A model generated the notes under the pieces. The model made no database searches. It had not been told where the DNA came from and saw only the letters and a list, made by a program, of their open reading frames with translations. A program made the translations under genes and the position numbers. Below, piece by piece: positions 30,366-39,709 of a stretch of 64,000 bases of DNA (positions are counted from its first letter, which is position 1; every line of letters starts with the position of its first letter). This stretch comes from an uncultured Parachlamydiaceae bacterium. Lineage in GTDB: Bacteria > Chlamydiota > Chlamydiia > Chlamydiales > Parachlamydiaceae. The stretch is from the NCBI GenBank assembly GCA_963742415.1, contig CAVULX010000004.1:544001-608000 (forward strand), in the 5' to 3' direction.

Positions 30366-32510
30366 CTAACTTCCATTGCCCGATTTTTGCGAGCTCTCAG
30401 TGTTTGATTTTTTTTTGCCAAAAAATTCGGTAACTTGAGGCATACTTGCTGAAAGGGCTTCAATAGGTGGCGGGGGGTTAACTGGAACAAATCTGGCAGA
30501 ATTCAAACCAGAAGCTGTAACACCCATCCCAGCCGATTTCTTTGACTTTGAGTCGGTTTTTTGTTTTGTGATCGCAAGCTTGACCATAGTAGATCCTCTT
30601 TTCGCTTTCAGCTCATCTTCAGCTTTAAATTGCTGTATCTTTAAGTGCAAAACATCAGCACTTATTCGCTTATTTGGGTCTGAACATAGCAAATGGCTTA
30701 TAAGGCTTTCCCAAAAACCTACTTTGCCTTGCGATTGCGGCACTTTTGTCGAATTTTTGATCTCTTTCATAGCTTGAATGACCAAAGAATCAATAGTATT
30801 TTCATTTTTTTTGATCTCAGCTATTAGATTTTCATTCATATTTTCTAATCCTTCATTCCTAAGTGTTAATCTTCTATTCATCTCCAGCAATTCATTCACA
30901 TCTTCGACACTAGGTATTTTATTGATGGCCGCGCGGTCATTTACGCAGCGATGATCTCCGTCAATCTTTATTGATTTTTCTAACCTAATTATATCAAGTT
31001 CTGTATAATCGAGTGACTTTTCTATACCCTCCACCTGTGATTCGTCAAAATCTATTAATTTTTCTATATCCATTAATATTTCTTCTTTAAAATTCATTGC
31101 ATCTTTGTCTGATTCGCTTGATTCTTCTGATTCACTTGCTTCTTCTCTTTTTTCCACATCTTTTCTTTTATGTTTTTCAATCATATTCATGGAATTTTTT
31201 ATTTCTTTGGTTAAATCCATTGTCTTTGAAGATGTTGGATTAAAGGTTTTTAAATAGGGATCTATGACCGAAAGTTTTGTAAAAAAATAGTCACTTCTCC
31301 GGCCAAATTCGTTACTTTCATCTAGAGGAAGCACTTCGCTCAATGAAACATCTATTGTATCCGTAAATTCCTGGTATCGCCTTTTTAATTTAGACTGAAG
31401 TAAGATTTCAGATTCCAGCTTTTGTAAAAGGGTGCATAATTTTGGCATCGCATTATAATGCATTGCATAGATGATGCATCCCAATCCCCACATGTCGGAG
31501 TGTTTTCCAATCAAATGATTGGAATCTGTGACATTCCACATTTCAAAAAGTGTTTTCTTATCTTCAGGATTGCCATATTCAAGTAGAAACATTTCTGGAG
31601 AAAAAGAGGCAAATTTTCGACAAAGTTGCTGGAGTAAAGAGTGTTTGTTAGAGCCGAGAAGCATATGGCAAATCAAATTCGCAATAGGCTCCTTTTTGAA
31701 TTGTTTAGCATGGCATATAACCCTCTTATTGGGAACAACATCGTGCAGCAGCAAGTTGTTTTCATGTAATTCTTTCAAAGTTTTTCCTAACTCTAGAATC
31801 GCTTGCGACATTTGCGACTGTTTTTTTTTCGTGTCGTTAAATTTTCTTTTTTTTATCCTTGGACTTAAAACATCCTTTAGCTTTCCAAAATAGTAAGGAG
31901 TATAAAGGACCGTTTTGGTGCCCCCCTTTTTCCGAACCCCTGTAGCCCAGGCCAATAGGGGCAAAACATTTGGATCCTCTTTTAACTTATCCATTCTACC
32001 GATTCTTGCTTTTGATATCTGGCTTCCCGCTTTGGTGGATGTGTTAATTGACCATTTATTTACGACTCCAAATTGAAAATTTTCTTGACTATGATTTTTA
32101 AGAATTAGAGCGGCTTTATATGTTTTTGTAAAAGGTTCTAATTCAATTACTGAACTAAGCTTGATGAAAGCCTGAACATCACCCCTCTCATTACAATGAA
32201 AAGTCACTGTAAATGGAACTTTAATGGTTTTATTCCTGCATTCCCAATGTTTCACTATTTGATTTTTTCTGTATTCTATATTTTTTTGGGGAAGAATAGT
32301 ACGGATAGTGAGAGAAATTTTTTCTAAAAAGGTTTTGTCTAGCGTAAATCCAAAATGCTGTGCCAAACAATTAAATATGAATTCTGCATCTTTCTCAATG
32401 CAATCTAACTTTACTGGAAGGTTTCGGTTAAAGCAACGTTCTTTTTTTTGTGTGATAGGATTAATTACAACATGAACATCGAATGGACTTGATGAAATCG
32501 TGTTATTCAT
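30366..32510 (-). CDS. Second kinase-fold protein with a large acidic/coiled insertion, predicted pseudokinase
   Basis: Shares VPFTVTFH, FTKxYKA, TKxVxYxPxY, DMWGLGCI, FWxxLISxLLCxDPxKR with the neighbouring gene. Confidence 0.7.
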   Translation of the reverse strand: MNNTISSSPFDVHVVINPITQKKERCFNRNLPVKLDCIEKDAEFIFNCLAQHFGFTLDKTFLEKISLTIRTILPQKNIEYRKNQIVKHWECRNKTIKVPFTVTFHCNERGDVQAFIKLSSVIELEPFTKTYKAALILKNHSQENFQFGVVNKWSINTSTKAGSQISKARIGRMDKLKEDPNVLPLLAWATGVRKKGGTKTVLYTPYYFGKLKDVLSPRIKKRKFNDTKKKQSQMSQAILELGKTLKELHENNLLLHDVVPNKRVICHAKQFKKEPIANLICHMLLGSNKHSLLQQLCRKFASFSPEMFLLEYGNPEDKKTLFEMWNVTDSNHLIGKHSDMWGLGCIIYAMHYNAMPKLCTLLQKLESEILLQSKLKRRYQEFTDTIDVSLSEVLPLDESNEFGRRSDYFFTKLSVIDPYLKTFNPTSSKTMDLTKEIKNSMNMIEKHKRKDVEKREEASESEESSESDKDAMNFKEEILMDIEKLIDFDESQVEGIEKSLDYTELDIIRLEKSIKIDGDHRCVNDRAAINKIPSVEDVNELLEMNRRLTLRNEGLENMNENLIAEIKKNENTIDSLVIQAMKEIKNSTKVPQSQGKVGFWESLISHLLCSDPNKRISADVLHLKIQQFKAEDELKAKRGSTMVKLAITKQKTDSKSKKSAGMGVTASGLNSARFVPVNPPPPIEALSASMPQVTEFFGKKKSNTESSQKSGNGS

Positions 32511-32703
32511 GAGCTCTCCTTATAATAGATTTTTTTTATAGCCATGATTGAAACATTTATTTTATAAAAAGCTGATGATGCAAAAAAAATCTAAAAATTC
32601 AACAGCAAATTTTTTTACACGTTATTATTTCTCATAACTTCTTGTCTAGAAATAGTTTTATTGCTAGGGTTATCACGAACTCTTTTAATAATTTTGAGGG
32701 AAT

Positions 32704-33636
32704 ATGAAAGACAATAGTAAATTGCTCACAAATCAAACGAAGGGCTCGTGGAAAATTTGGATAGCGGCATTAAGACTTAAATCTATTTCGGCTTCCTTTG
32801 CTCCCGTCATCGTAGGAGCTTCCCTCTCTTTGACAACGCAATCTTCAATCGATTGGTTAATTCCTTTAATCGCTGTTGTTTCTTCTTTTTTAATTCAAAT
32901 GGGTACCAATCTTATCAACGATGCTTTCGATCACAAAAGGGGGGCTGATGACAAACATAGGCTCGGACCCATTCGACTCGTTCAAAGCAGTTATTTATCT
33001 GCAAAACAAGTTTATTATGCTGGAATTTGCAGTTTTTTACTTGCGCTCTTTTTTGGAATACCCCTTATCCTAAAAGGGGGGATCCCCTTGCTGTTCGTTT
33101 TACTCCTATCATGCGCTTGCGGCTATTTTTATACAGCTGGTCCTAAATCTTTGGCTTATACAGGATTAGGAGACATTTTTGTTTTGATATTCTTTGGAAT
33201 CGTTTTAACATCAGCTGTTTATTTTTTAGAAACAAGCCAAATAACGATGGATCCCATTGTAGCAGGGATCCAAATGGGTTTATTGGCGGTTAATTTGATC
33301 GCAGTGAATAATCTTCGAGATTGTGAAGGGGATGCGCGTGCAAATAAGAGAACTTTGGCTGTTCGTTTTGGAAAAACGTTTGCTCGTTGTGAAATTACAT
33401 TTTGTGTCGTTGCACCGTTTGCGCTTGGTTTATTATATTGGGTAAGCCGAGGGTTCTTGATAGCTGCTTTTCTTCCCCTTGCTGCTTTGCCAATCGCGGT
33501 TACGCTTATTCAAGGAATATGGATTCATCCTCCAGGATTTATCTATAATAAGTTTTTCGGCATAGCTGGAATGCTTCAGCTTCTTTTTGCTATTTTGCTT
33601 TCTTTGGGATTCTGTACTTCAAGATTTCTCTTTTAG
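32704..33636 (+). CDS. menA: 1,4-dihydroxy-2-naphthoate prenyltransferase
   Basis: QMGTNLINDAFDHKRGAD, YTAGPKSLAYTGLGD, VNNLRDCEGDARANKRTLAVRFG. Confidence 0.92.
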   Translation: MKDNSKLLTNQTKGSWKIWIAALRLKSISASFAPVIVGASLSLTTQSSIDWLIPLIAVVSSFLIQMGTNLINDAFDHKRGADDKHRLGPIRLVQSSYLSAKQVYYAGICSFLLALFFGIPLILKGGIPLLFVLLLSCACGYFYTAGPKSLAYTGLGDIFVLIFFGIVLTSAVYFLETSQITMDPIVAGIQMGLLAVNLIAVNNLRDCEGDARANKRTLAVRFGKTFARCEITFCVVAPFALGLLYWVSRGFLIAAFLPLAALPIAVTLIQGIWIHPPGFIYNKFFGIAGMLQLLFAILLSLGFCTSRFLF

Positions 33637-33639
33637 CTA

Positions 33640-33666
33640 TATACCCAAACAAGTCGTTTGGGTATA
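33640..33666 (+). terminator. Hairpin after menA
   Basis: tatacccaaac-aagtc-gtttgggtata. Confidence 0.5.
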
Positions 33667-33891
33667 CGTTCGGTATATTCCATAACGGGTCCATTTCCTG
33701 CCCATTTTTTTTCTATTAAAGTCAATTATTTGATATAGTTTTTAATTATCATCATAAACATTTCATTAACATATAATTTTTTTGTAGTTGAAAGAAAACT
33801 ACAAAACACTGAAAATAATTTTCTTGTTATTAAAATAAAAATGAAATTTTTTAATAACTCTTATAAAAAGAACAACAAAAAAGGAACTCAA

Positions 33892-34269
33892 ATGAAAATT
33901 TTTTTACTTGGAGTGGCTTTATTAAGTGTTTTCTCTTCTTGCTCTGTCATTATGGCTGCAAGAAAAGAGGGCGTAGGGATCACTAAGATCCAATCCTGCC
34001 ACACACGCGGTCAACTGATTGCCTGTGGTGCAACAATTGTAAGCAGTGATAGACAACCTTCAGGTGAACTTGTCGAAGTGTATCAAATTTTGAAAGAAAG
34101 AGGTTCAGCCGCGAGGGCTCTCATGCACGGAGCTTTAGACGTAAGCACATGCGGAATATGGGAAGTAATTGGGACTCCAATTGAAGCTTGTTCTAATAAA
34201 AAAGAATATTATGCGATTAAAGTTTATTATGATGAACAAGAAGTGATTAAAAAAATGGAATTAATGTAA
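33892..34269 (+). CDS. Putative lipoprotein
   Basis: Second ATG after AAGGA; lipobox FSSC; GSAARALMHGALDV...WEVIGTPIE. Confidence 0.65.
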   Translation: MKIFLLGVALLSVFSSCSVIMAARKEGVGITKIQSCHTRGQLIACGATIVSSDRQPSGELVEVYQILKERGSAARALMHGALDVSTCGIWEVIGTPIEACSNKKEYYAIKVYYDEQEVIKKMELM

Positions 34270-34319
34270 AAATCGAAAAAACCACTGTTAACATCAGTAA
34301 CTTGAGAGAAGTTACTTAG

Positions 34320-34494
34320 GAGGCAATGAGAAGGAAAAACAGGATATACAAGATCGTAAACGGCAGGATAAGCAGGATAAAAGAAAAAACGATGTTTTTG
34401 AACAGTTTTAACTCAATCATATCCGAATATTCTTTCAATATCTTGCTTACCCTGCCGTTTACGATCTTGCATATCCTGTTTCTTCTCTGTGCCT
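34320..34494. repeat. Palindromic CAGGAT-rich element, copy 1, flanked by the 10-bp direct repeat AGTTACTTAG
   Basis: aacaggatatacaagatcgtaaacggcaggataagcaggat ... atcttgcttaccctgccgtttacgatcttgcatatcctgtt; AGTTACTTAG at 34310-34319 and 34495-34504. Confidence 0.85.
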
Positions 34495-34609
34495 AGTTAC
34501 TTAGAAGCCACAAAGATTAGTGCGGCTCACTGGTTTCTTTCGCAGACCTTTGTAGTTTTTTAATACGGCATACGATATATTTGGTTTTGGTCCTAGGAGT
34601 AAATCACTT

Positions 34610-34846
34610 ATGTCGCTGCTGTTTTTAACAATTGCAATTGCTTTTATCATCGTTGTGCTTGCGTTAGTGTTTATGGCGATTGGGTGGCTTTTGACAGGGA
34701 GATCTAAACTTCATCCGGGAGCCTGCGGCCGCAATCCACATCAAAAGCGAAATGAAAAAGAGGGGTGCGGAACGGGAATCAGCTGCAGTTTGTGTGAAAA
34801 AGAGGACCACGATCCAAAAAACGGCAATCAGAAAGGAGGAGATTGA
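34610..34846 (+). CDS. Small membrane protein with Cys-rich tail (NqrM/DUF539-like)
   Basis: One TM ending MAIGW, then GACG...C...CSLC; AGGAG RBS. Confidence 0.5.
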   Translation: MSLLFLTIAIAFIIVVLALVFMAIGWLLTGRSKLHPGACGRNPHQKRNEKEGCGTGISCSLCEKEDHDPKNGNQKGGD

Positions 34847-35565
34847 TGCCTTCCTATGATAAACAATGCCCTGAGAGTATACAGGAGATGTTTGGGAGTA
34901 TTGCTGAGAATTACGATCAAGCCAATACGATACTTTCCATGCGTTTAAATAAAAGGTGGAATAGTCAACTTCTGGACCATGTGACTGCTGTGTGTGAACC
35001 GGAAGTTCTTTTAGATCTTTGTTGCGGCACCGGGGATATTGCCTTTAATTATTTAAAAAATTCTTCTTTGTCTAGGCAGGCTATTCTCTTGGATTTTTGC
35101 CAAGAGATGTTGGAATGCGCCAAGAAAAAGGCCTCCACAATGAATTTCGACCATCATGCAATCACCTACATTCAAGCCGATGCCCAAAAGATTCCGTTGG
35201 AAAATTCTTCAATCTCTTGCGCGACAATGGCTTATGGAATTCGAAATATAAAACATCCACACGAGTGCCTTAGTGAAATATACCGTGTCCTTTCAGATAA
35301 GGGGACTTTTGGACTTTTAGAATTGACCAGGCCTCCCAACCCTTTTTTCCGACTAGGGCATTACGTCTATTTGAAAACGATGATCCCTTTTTTAGGGAGG
35401 TGGATCACATCTAATAGAAAGGCCTATGAGTATTTATGTCAGAGCATTAATACTTTTTATGCTCCAGATGTATTGGAGGATATGTTAAAAAAGGCGGGAT
35501 TTCAAAACATTATTAAAAAACCGGTAACTTTTGGGGTCGCTACGATTTTTGTGGCGCGCAAATAA
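34843..35565 (+). CDS. menG: Demethylmenaquinone methyltransferase (UbiE/MenG)
   Basis: MFGSIAENYD, LDLCCGTGD, YGIRN, AYEYLCQSI. Confidence 0.9.
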   Translation: MMPSYDKQCPESIQEMFGSIAENYDQANTILSMRLNKRWNSQLLDHVTAVCEPEVLLDLCCGTGDIAFNYLKNSSLSRQAILLDFCQEMLECAKKKASTMNFDHHAITYIQADAQKIPLENSSISCATMAYGIRNIKHPHECLSEIYRVLSDKGTFGLLELTRPPNPFFRLGHYVYLKTMIPFLGRWITSNRKAYEYLCQSINTFYAPDVLEDMLKKAGFQNIIKKPVTFGVATIFVARK

Positions 35566-35578
35566 ATTTAGGTTCCCA

Positions 35579-35607
35579 TTGACACAAACAGCGATGAGCG
35601 TTAACCT
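35579..35607 (+). promoter_or_regulatory. Promoter of tRNA-Leu
   Basis: TTGACA-N17-TAACCT, 30 nt upstream of the tRNA. Confidence 0.6.
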
Positions 35608-35637
35608 AGAGCTCTTTGCAATCATTTTCAAAATTAA

Positions 35638-35719
35638 GCCCAGGTGGTGGAATTGGTAGACACGCAAGACTTAGGATCTTGTGCCATTTGGTGTGTAGGT
35701 TCGAGTCCTATCCTGGGCA
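35638..35719 (+). tRNA. tRNA-Leu (anticodon TAG)
   Basis: Acceptor stem GCCCAGG/CCTGGGC, anticodon arm CAAGA-CTTAGGA-TCTTG, long variable arm, GGTTCGAGTCC T-loop, discriminator A; CCA not encoded. Confidence 0.96.
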
Positions 35720-35857
35720 CATCCGCGGACACTTTCCCGAAAGGGAAGTGTCCTTTATTATTTTAAAGGGTTCTCGTAGTGTTATAGACAGCTTTTTGTC
35801 TTTCAACTCCAAGTTCTGAAATACAAAATTCAGAAGATGCCGTTTTTCTTCTAATTC
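35708..35857 (-). pseudogene. C-terminal remnant of a large serine recombinase reading into the tRNA 3' end
   Basis: Hand translation ELEEKRHLLNFVFQNLELKDKKLSITLREPFKIIKDTSLSGKCPRMCPG*; no start codon. Confidence 0.65.
35726..35767. repeat. 42-bp direct repeat, copy 1 (hairpin; may also terminate the tRNA)
   Basis: cggacactttcccgaaagggaagtgtcctttattattttaaa; 40/42 identical to 39668-39709. Confidence 0.9.
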
Positions 35858-35975
35858 TTAAGAATGACAGTTATCAAGCTATTGTTCGTACAAAGATTAA
35901 TCAATATCGGAAAAAAGAAGAACCGAAAGCTGAATTACTAAATGCTCAAAATCAGCTTGCAGAATCCTTAGTGTA

Positions 35976-36323
35976 ATGGAAAGTATGATTAATGCGTCTA
36001 GTTCCGAAAGAAAGAAGACAAAAAGAAGGGCTTGGATAACGACAATTGCCTATCTCATATTGTTTCCTTTTCTACTCATGTTGGCCTCTGCAAGCGTGAT
36101 GGTTTTCCATCGCCCTAACACATCTATAGCTTTTGGTTTGGGGCTTATATTTATGTATTTTTTGATGCCATTATCAATACCGTGTGCTTTGTATCTTATG
36201 TGGTCTCGGTATTTGCAAGGAGACTATAAGCAAAGTCGACGTTATTATTGGATACCTCTATATGTTATTGGAGCTGTATTGATTAGTTTTGCTTTAATGG
36301 ATGCTATTGAAGGTTTTTTCTAA
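35976..36323 (+). CDS. Small 3-TM membrane protein
   Basis: Three hydrophobic segments. Confidence 0.6.
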   Translation: MESMINASSSERKKTKRRAWITTIAYLILFPFLLMLASASVMVFHRPNTSIAFGLGLIFMYFLMPLSIPCALYLMWSRYLQGDYKQSRRYYWIPLYVIGAVLISFALMDAIEGFF

Positions 36324-36436
36324 AGAATTTTATGACAAAAAGCATACCCAAAGAATTGCTACCTTGGATCGAAGCCAAAAAGAAACACCGACTCTCTCAA
36401 AAATCGGAGCATCTCTTCACCTGTTTTCTGCTTCTC

Positions 36437-36652
36437 CTAATATTGATGAAGTTGGTTATAGTAATCATCCACATTTTCATTTTCAATGAATGAGATCATA
36501 TTTTCATATGTTTCTTGGAACATGCGGATTGTATTGGGAATATCGGAATTGCTTGGTTTGTCATTATAGAAATAGGTTCCTGCAAAATACCATTTCCCTT
36601 CCTCCTCGATAACACTATTAATTGCAGCAAAACTTCCTGAATATTCAACTTG
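36437..36652 (-). pseudogene. 5'-truncated gene fragment of unknown function
   Basis: 71 open codons without an upstream start (QVEYSGSFAAINSVIEEEGKWYFAGTYF...YNQLHQY*). Confidence 0.4.
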
Positions 36653-36780
36653 TCAATTTGCTCCAAAGTATGCGTCTTATGCCGTTGATAAGAATCAGCT
36701 TCTCACCAGCAAAATTAAGACATCTTTCGCCGGTATGAAAAAATTATTTTCGAAAAATTTTATGAAGTATCGTAATTTAA

Positions 36781-36815
36781 TGTAAGAAACTGTCATTTTA
36801 TGACAATATGTTGCA
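36781..36815. promoter_or_regulatory. Candidate AbiEi operator (imperfect inverted repeat, 3-nt spacer)
   Basis: TGTAAGAAACTGTCAT-TTT-ATGACAATATGTTGCA (12/16 paired); half-site repeated near 36842. Confidence 0.5.
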
Positions 36816-36883
36816 AAAAAATTGAATATTTCATATTCTTATGTAAGAAGCCGTCAAAAAAACCCAGCTAACAGCAGGTCTTT

Positions 36884-37516
36884 ATGAATAGCAGTTTTCT
36901 TGAAATTTTATTGAATTGGCCAAAGCCTTATGTCTCTGGAATTGATTTGCATCATATTTTGGATAAGTCGCCAGCCTCTCGCCAAGCTATCATTAAAAGA
37001 GCTATCCACAAAGGGTATCTTATCCCCATTCGCAGAGACTTGTATTTAATTAAAAATGCCAAGAAAACTCTCCTGAATTCCTTTGAAATTGCCCCGATTA
37101 TCTATGGCCCTTCTTATGTAAGCTTTGAATCTGCATTAAGCTATCATGGATGGATTCCAGAAGCTGTAAGGACAACAACCTGTGCGTCAGTTAAAAGAGC
37201 TAAAGAATTCGAAACGCCCATTGGAATCTTTTCATATGAACATATTCCAATTAAGGCGTTTTCTTTTGGAGTTGAACAACATCAACAAAATTCCTTAACT
37301 CTATTTATTGCATCTCCTGTGAAAGCTCTTGCTGATATTGTCTATGCAAGAAAACGAACTTGGAACTCAATTAGTGATCTTTCTGAGGATTTTCGTATTG
37401 AAATCGAAAACTTTCAAAATTCCGACAAAAAAGTACTTATTGAACTTATCGAGAATTATCCAAGTCCAAGAGTCAAAAAGATACTCAATGTTTTGCTAAA
37501 AGGATTGCGTCTATGA
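36884..37516 (+). CDS. abiEi: Type IV TA antitoxin, AbiEi family
   Basis: LIPIRRDLY, PSYVSFESALSYHGWIPE, FETPIGIFSY, ASPVKALAD. Confidence 0.85.
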   Translation: MNSSFLEILLNWPKPYVSGIDLHHILDKSPASRQAIIKRAIHKGYLIPIRRDLYLIKNAKKTLLNSFEIAPIIYGPSYVSFESALSYHGWIPEAVRTTTCASVKRAKEFETPIGIFSYEHIPIKAFSFGVEQHQQNSLTLFIASPVKALADIVYARKRTWNSISDLSEDFRIEIENFQNSDKKVLIELIENYPSPRVKKILNVLLKGLRL

Positions 37517-38826
37517 CTATCACAATTATTCAAGAACGGCTTAAAAACTACAACTCGCTCTCAAAACAGGAAGAGCTGAGTGCTCTAAAAGAAATTTATC
37601 AAGAAATTGCATTGGCAGGTTTAGCAAGAAGCGATTTTTTTAAACTTGCTGCATTTCAAGGAGGAACCGCTTTAAGAATTGTGCACCAATTAAAACGATT
37701 TTCAGAAGATCTAGATTTTGTGCTTTTAAGACCCTCAGATTCATTTCAATGGCAATCGTATCTCAAGGCCATTGAAATCGAATTTAACTCCTTTGGTGTA
37801 AATCTGGAAATTAAAGAGCGTGCCGCAGCTCAAGGAGCTATAAAGACAGCATTTTTAAAAGAAGACTCCTTTGCTCAAATTCTTGAATTGACTTATGACA
37901 GATTGCCTTCAGATGAACAAAAAATTACAATTAAATTGGAGATTGATACACAACCTCCTGGAGGTTCTAACTTTGAAAATGCCTTTTTAACCTATCCTTA
38001 CCCATTCTCTATTCTCTTACAAGATTTTCCAAGTTTATTTGCAAGCAAATGTCATGCGTTGCTTTGTAGAAAATATGAAAAAGGACGTGATTGGTTTGAT
38101 TTTCTTTGGTATTTGTCGAGAAAAACACCAGTTAATTACCTTTTACTCAAAAATGCACTCTATCAAGCAGGACCCTATAAAGAACAAAAGATACCTTACA
38201 GTAAAAAATGGCTTTGCGAAGCATTTGAAAAAAAAGTCTCTGCCTTAGATTGGAAGTCAGCTAGGCGGGATGTTGAAAATTTTCTTCGACCTGAAGAAAG
38301 AAAATTTGTTGAAAATTGGAGCAGAGAATTATTTCAAAAACAAATCGAAAAAATAGAATTAGTTTTATTTAAAGCAGTGATTTTTAGAATTGCTAACGGC
38401 GCAGCCCCATTGATTGATAACAGACTTTTTTCATCAGCAATTACCGATATCAATGGAGACGATATTGAAAAAATAATTGATTCTGGCACCTATTGGTTCC
38501 AGTCACTTGAAGAAATTGAACTCTTAGACGATCAAAATGAATATTCATGCATTTTCATAAGATTTGATGATCCTGGACATCCAAAAGATATGCACTATCA
38601 CAGGCAAAAAAATCAGGAATTAAAAATAAAGGCTATTCCAGGTAAGACATACGAAATACCAGGATGGTTTATTAAAAATTGGAATTTTCGATCGCAAATT
38701 TACACTAACAATATCTCGCGCGCGCTTTATTGGTTTCAACCCGTCATATTAACCCCAAAAGAAATACAAAAGCAGATTGCTTCATATGCACAAGAAACTG
38801 GAATAGAAAGACACTCAAGATTGTAA
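37513..38826 (+). CDS. abiEii: Type IV TA nucleotidyltransferase toxin AbiEii with an extension of about 150 aa at the C-terminus
   Basis: AFQGGTALRIVHQLKRFSEDLDF, IKLEIDTQPP, KCHALLCR, KGRDWFD; ATGA overlap with abiEi. Confidence 0.88.
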   Translation: MTITIIQERLKNYNSLSKQEELSALKEIYQEIALAGLARSDFFKLAAFQGGTALRIVHQLKRFSEDLDFVLLRPSDSFQWQSYLKAIEIEFNSFGVNLEIKERAAAQGAIKTAFLKEDSFAQILELTYDRLPSDEQKITIKLEIDTQPPGGSNFENAFLTYPYPFSILLQDFPSLFASKCHALLCRKYEKGRDWFDFLWYLSRKTPVNYLLLKNALYQAGPYKEQKIPYSKKWLCEAFEKKVSALDWKSARRDVENFLRPEERKFVENWSRELFQKQIEKIELVLFKAVIFRIANGAAPLIDNRLFSSAITDINGDDIEKIIDSGTYWFQSLEEIELLDDQNEYSCIFIRFDDPGHPKDMHYHRQKNQELKIKAIPGKTYEIPGWFIKNWNFRSQIYTNNISRALYWFQPVILTPKEIQKQIASYAQETGIERHSRL

Positions 38827-38829
38827 GGC

Positions 38830-39570
38830 ATGGATTTTTTCGGCAAACACCTTGAATGTCAAAAAGCTGATTGGCAACATCATAAAAAAATCTGTAAATT
38901 AAAAACAAGTGTTGAAGATTCTAAAGAAAGTCAAATAATATTGAAAACAAAATCTTTAAAAAAAACTCTTTCAGATTCTTCTACGATAGAAAGACCTATG
39001 CCAATTCCAGGCTTAAGGCTTATAGAAAATTTCATCTCAGATGATTTGCATAAACGCTTTATCGTACAAATGAATAAAGGTTCTCCTGAAATTAATAATG
39101 GTCATTGCGATGGATATGAATTTGAGGATAGTCAAGCTTTTGATAAAGTATTTTATGAGCTAACAAAAGATGTTTTTTCAAAATTAAAATCATTAAATTC
39201 TTTCTCAACTGAGAAAAAACCTTTAAAGTTAGCTTGCACGTTAGTCGGATATAAGAAGGATGGATTTATAACACAGCATGTTGATTCTCCTTACTTGAGT
39301 GGTGGTACTGTTATAGTAATTAGTTTTAATTCACCGGTAGTGGTTAACTTCTACTCTCAGAAAAAAACAGAAAAACAACAACACAAAATTTTTATTCCTC
39401 CAAAATCTATGTATTCCATTTCTGGAGAAGCTAGATATGAGTGGAGTCATGCCATTCTTAGCGATGAAGATACATATAATTCTGAAAAATTTGATAGAGG
39501 AACTAGATATGCAGTTTTATTTACACCGCCAGGGCCTCTCTACTCAGGATCGGAGTTGTTAGATTACTAA
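38830..39570 (+). CDS. AlkB-like 2OG-Fe(II) dioxygenase with an N-terminal half MYND finger
   Basis: ECQKADWQHHKKIC; IPGLRLIENFIS, HVD, PPKSMYSISGEARYEWSHAI, RYAVLF. Confidence 0.78.
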   Translation: MDFFGKHLECQKADWQHHKKICKLKTSVEDSKESQIILKTKSLKKTLSDSSTIERPMPIPGLRLIENFISDDLHKRFIVQMNKGSPEINNGHCDGYEFEDSQAFDKVFYELTKDVFSKLKSLNSFSTEKKPLKLACTLVGYKKDGFITQHVDSPYLSGGTVIVISFNSPVVVNFYSQKKTEKQQHKIFIPPKSMYSISGEARYEWSHAILSDEDTYNSEKFDRGTRYAVLFTPPGPLYSGSELLDY

Positions 39571-39667
39571 TCGTTCTCTAATTTCTCGCATTAAGGGAAC
39601 AATTTGAACTTTTGACCGATCGAACTCTTTGAAAGTTCTAAAGCGACCTGAGATCGGCAGGTTCTCT

Positions 39668-39709
39668 CGGACACTTTCCCAAAAGGGAAGTGTCCTTTAT
39701 CATTTTAAA
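39668..39709. repeat. 42-bp direct repeat, copy 2 (second recombinase-end remnant)
   Basis: cggacactttcccaaaagggaagtgtcctttatcattttaaa; the minus strand reads FKMIKDTSLLGKCPR. Confidence 0.9.

Noticed and set aside
35616..35819. 67-aa ORF
   Set aside because: Shadow of tRNA-Leu
35726..39709. Classical attL/attR duplication of the tRNA 3' end
   Set aside because: The repeat starts downstream of the tRNA and contains no tRNA sequence; better explained as recombinase gene ends
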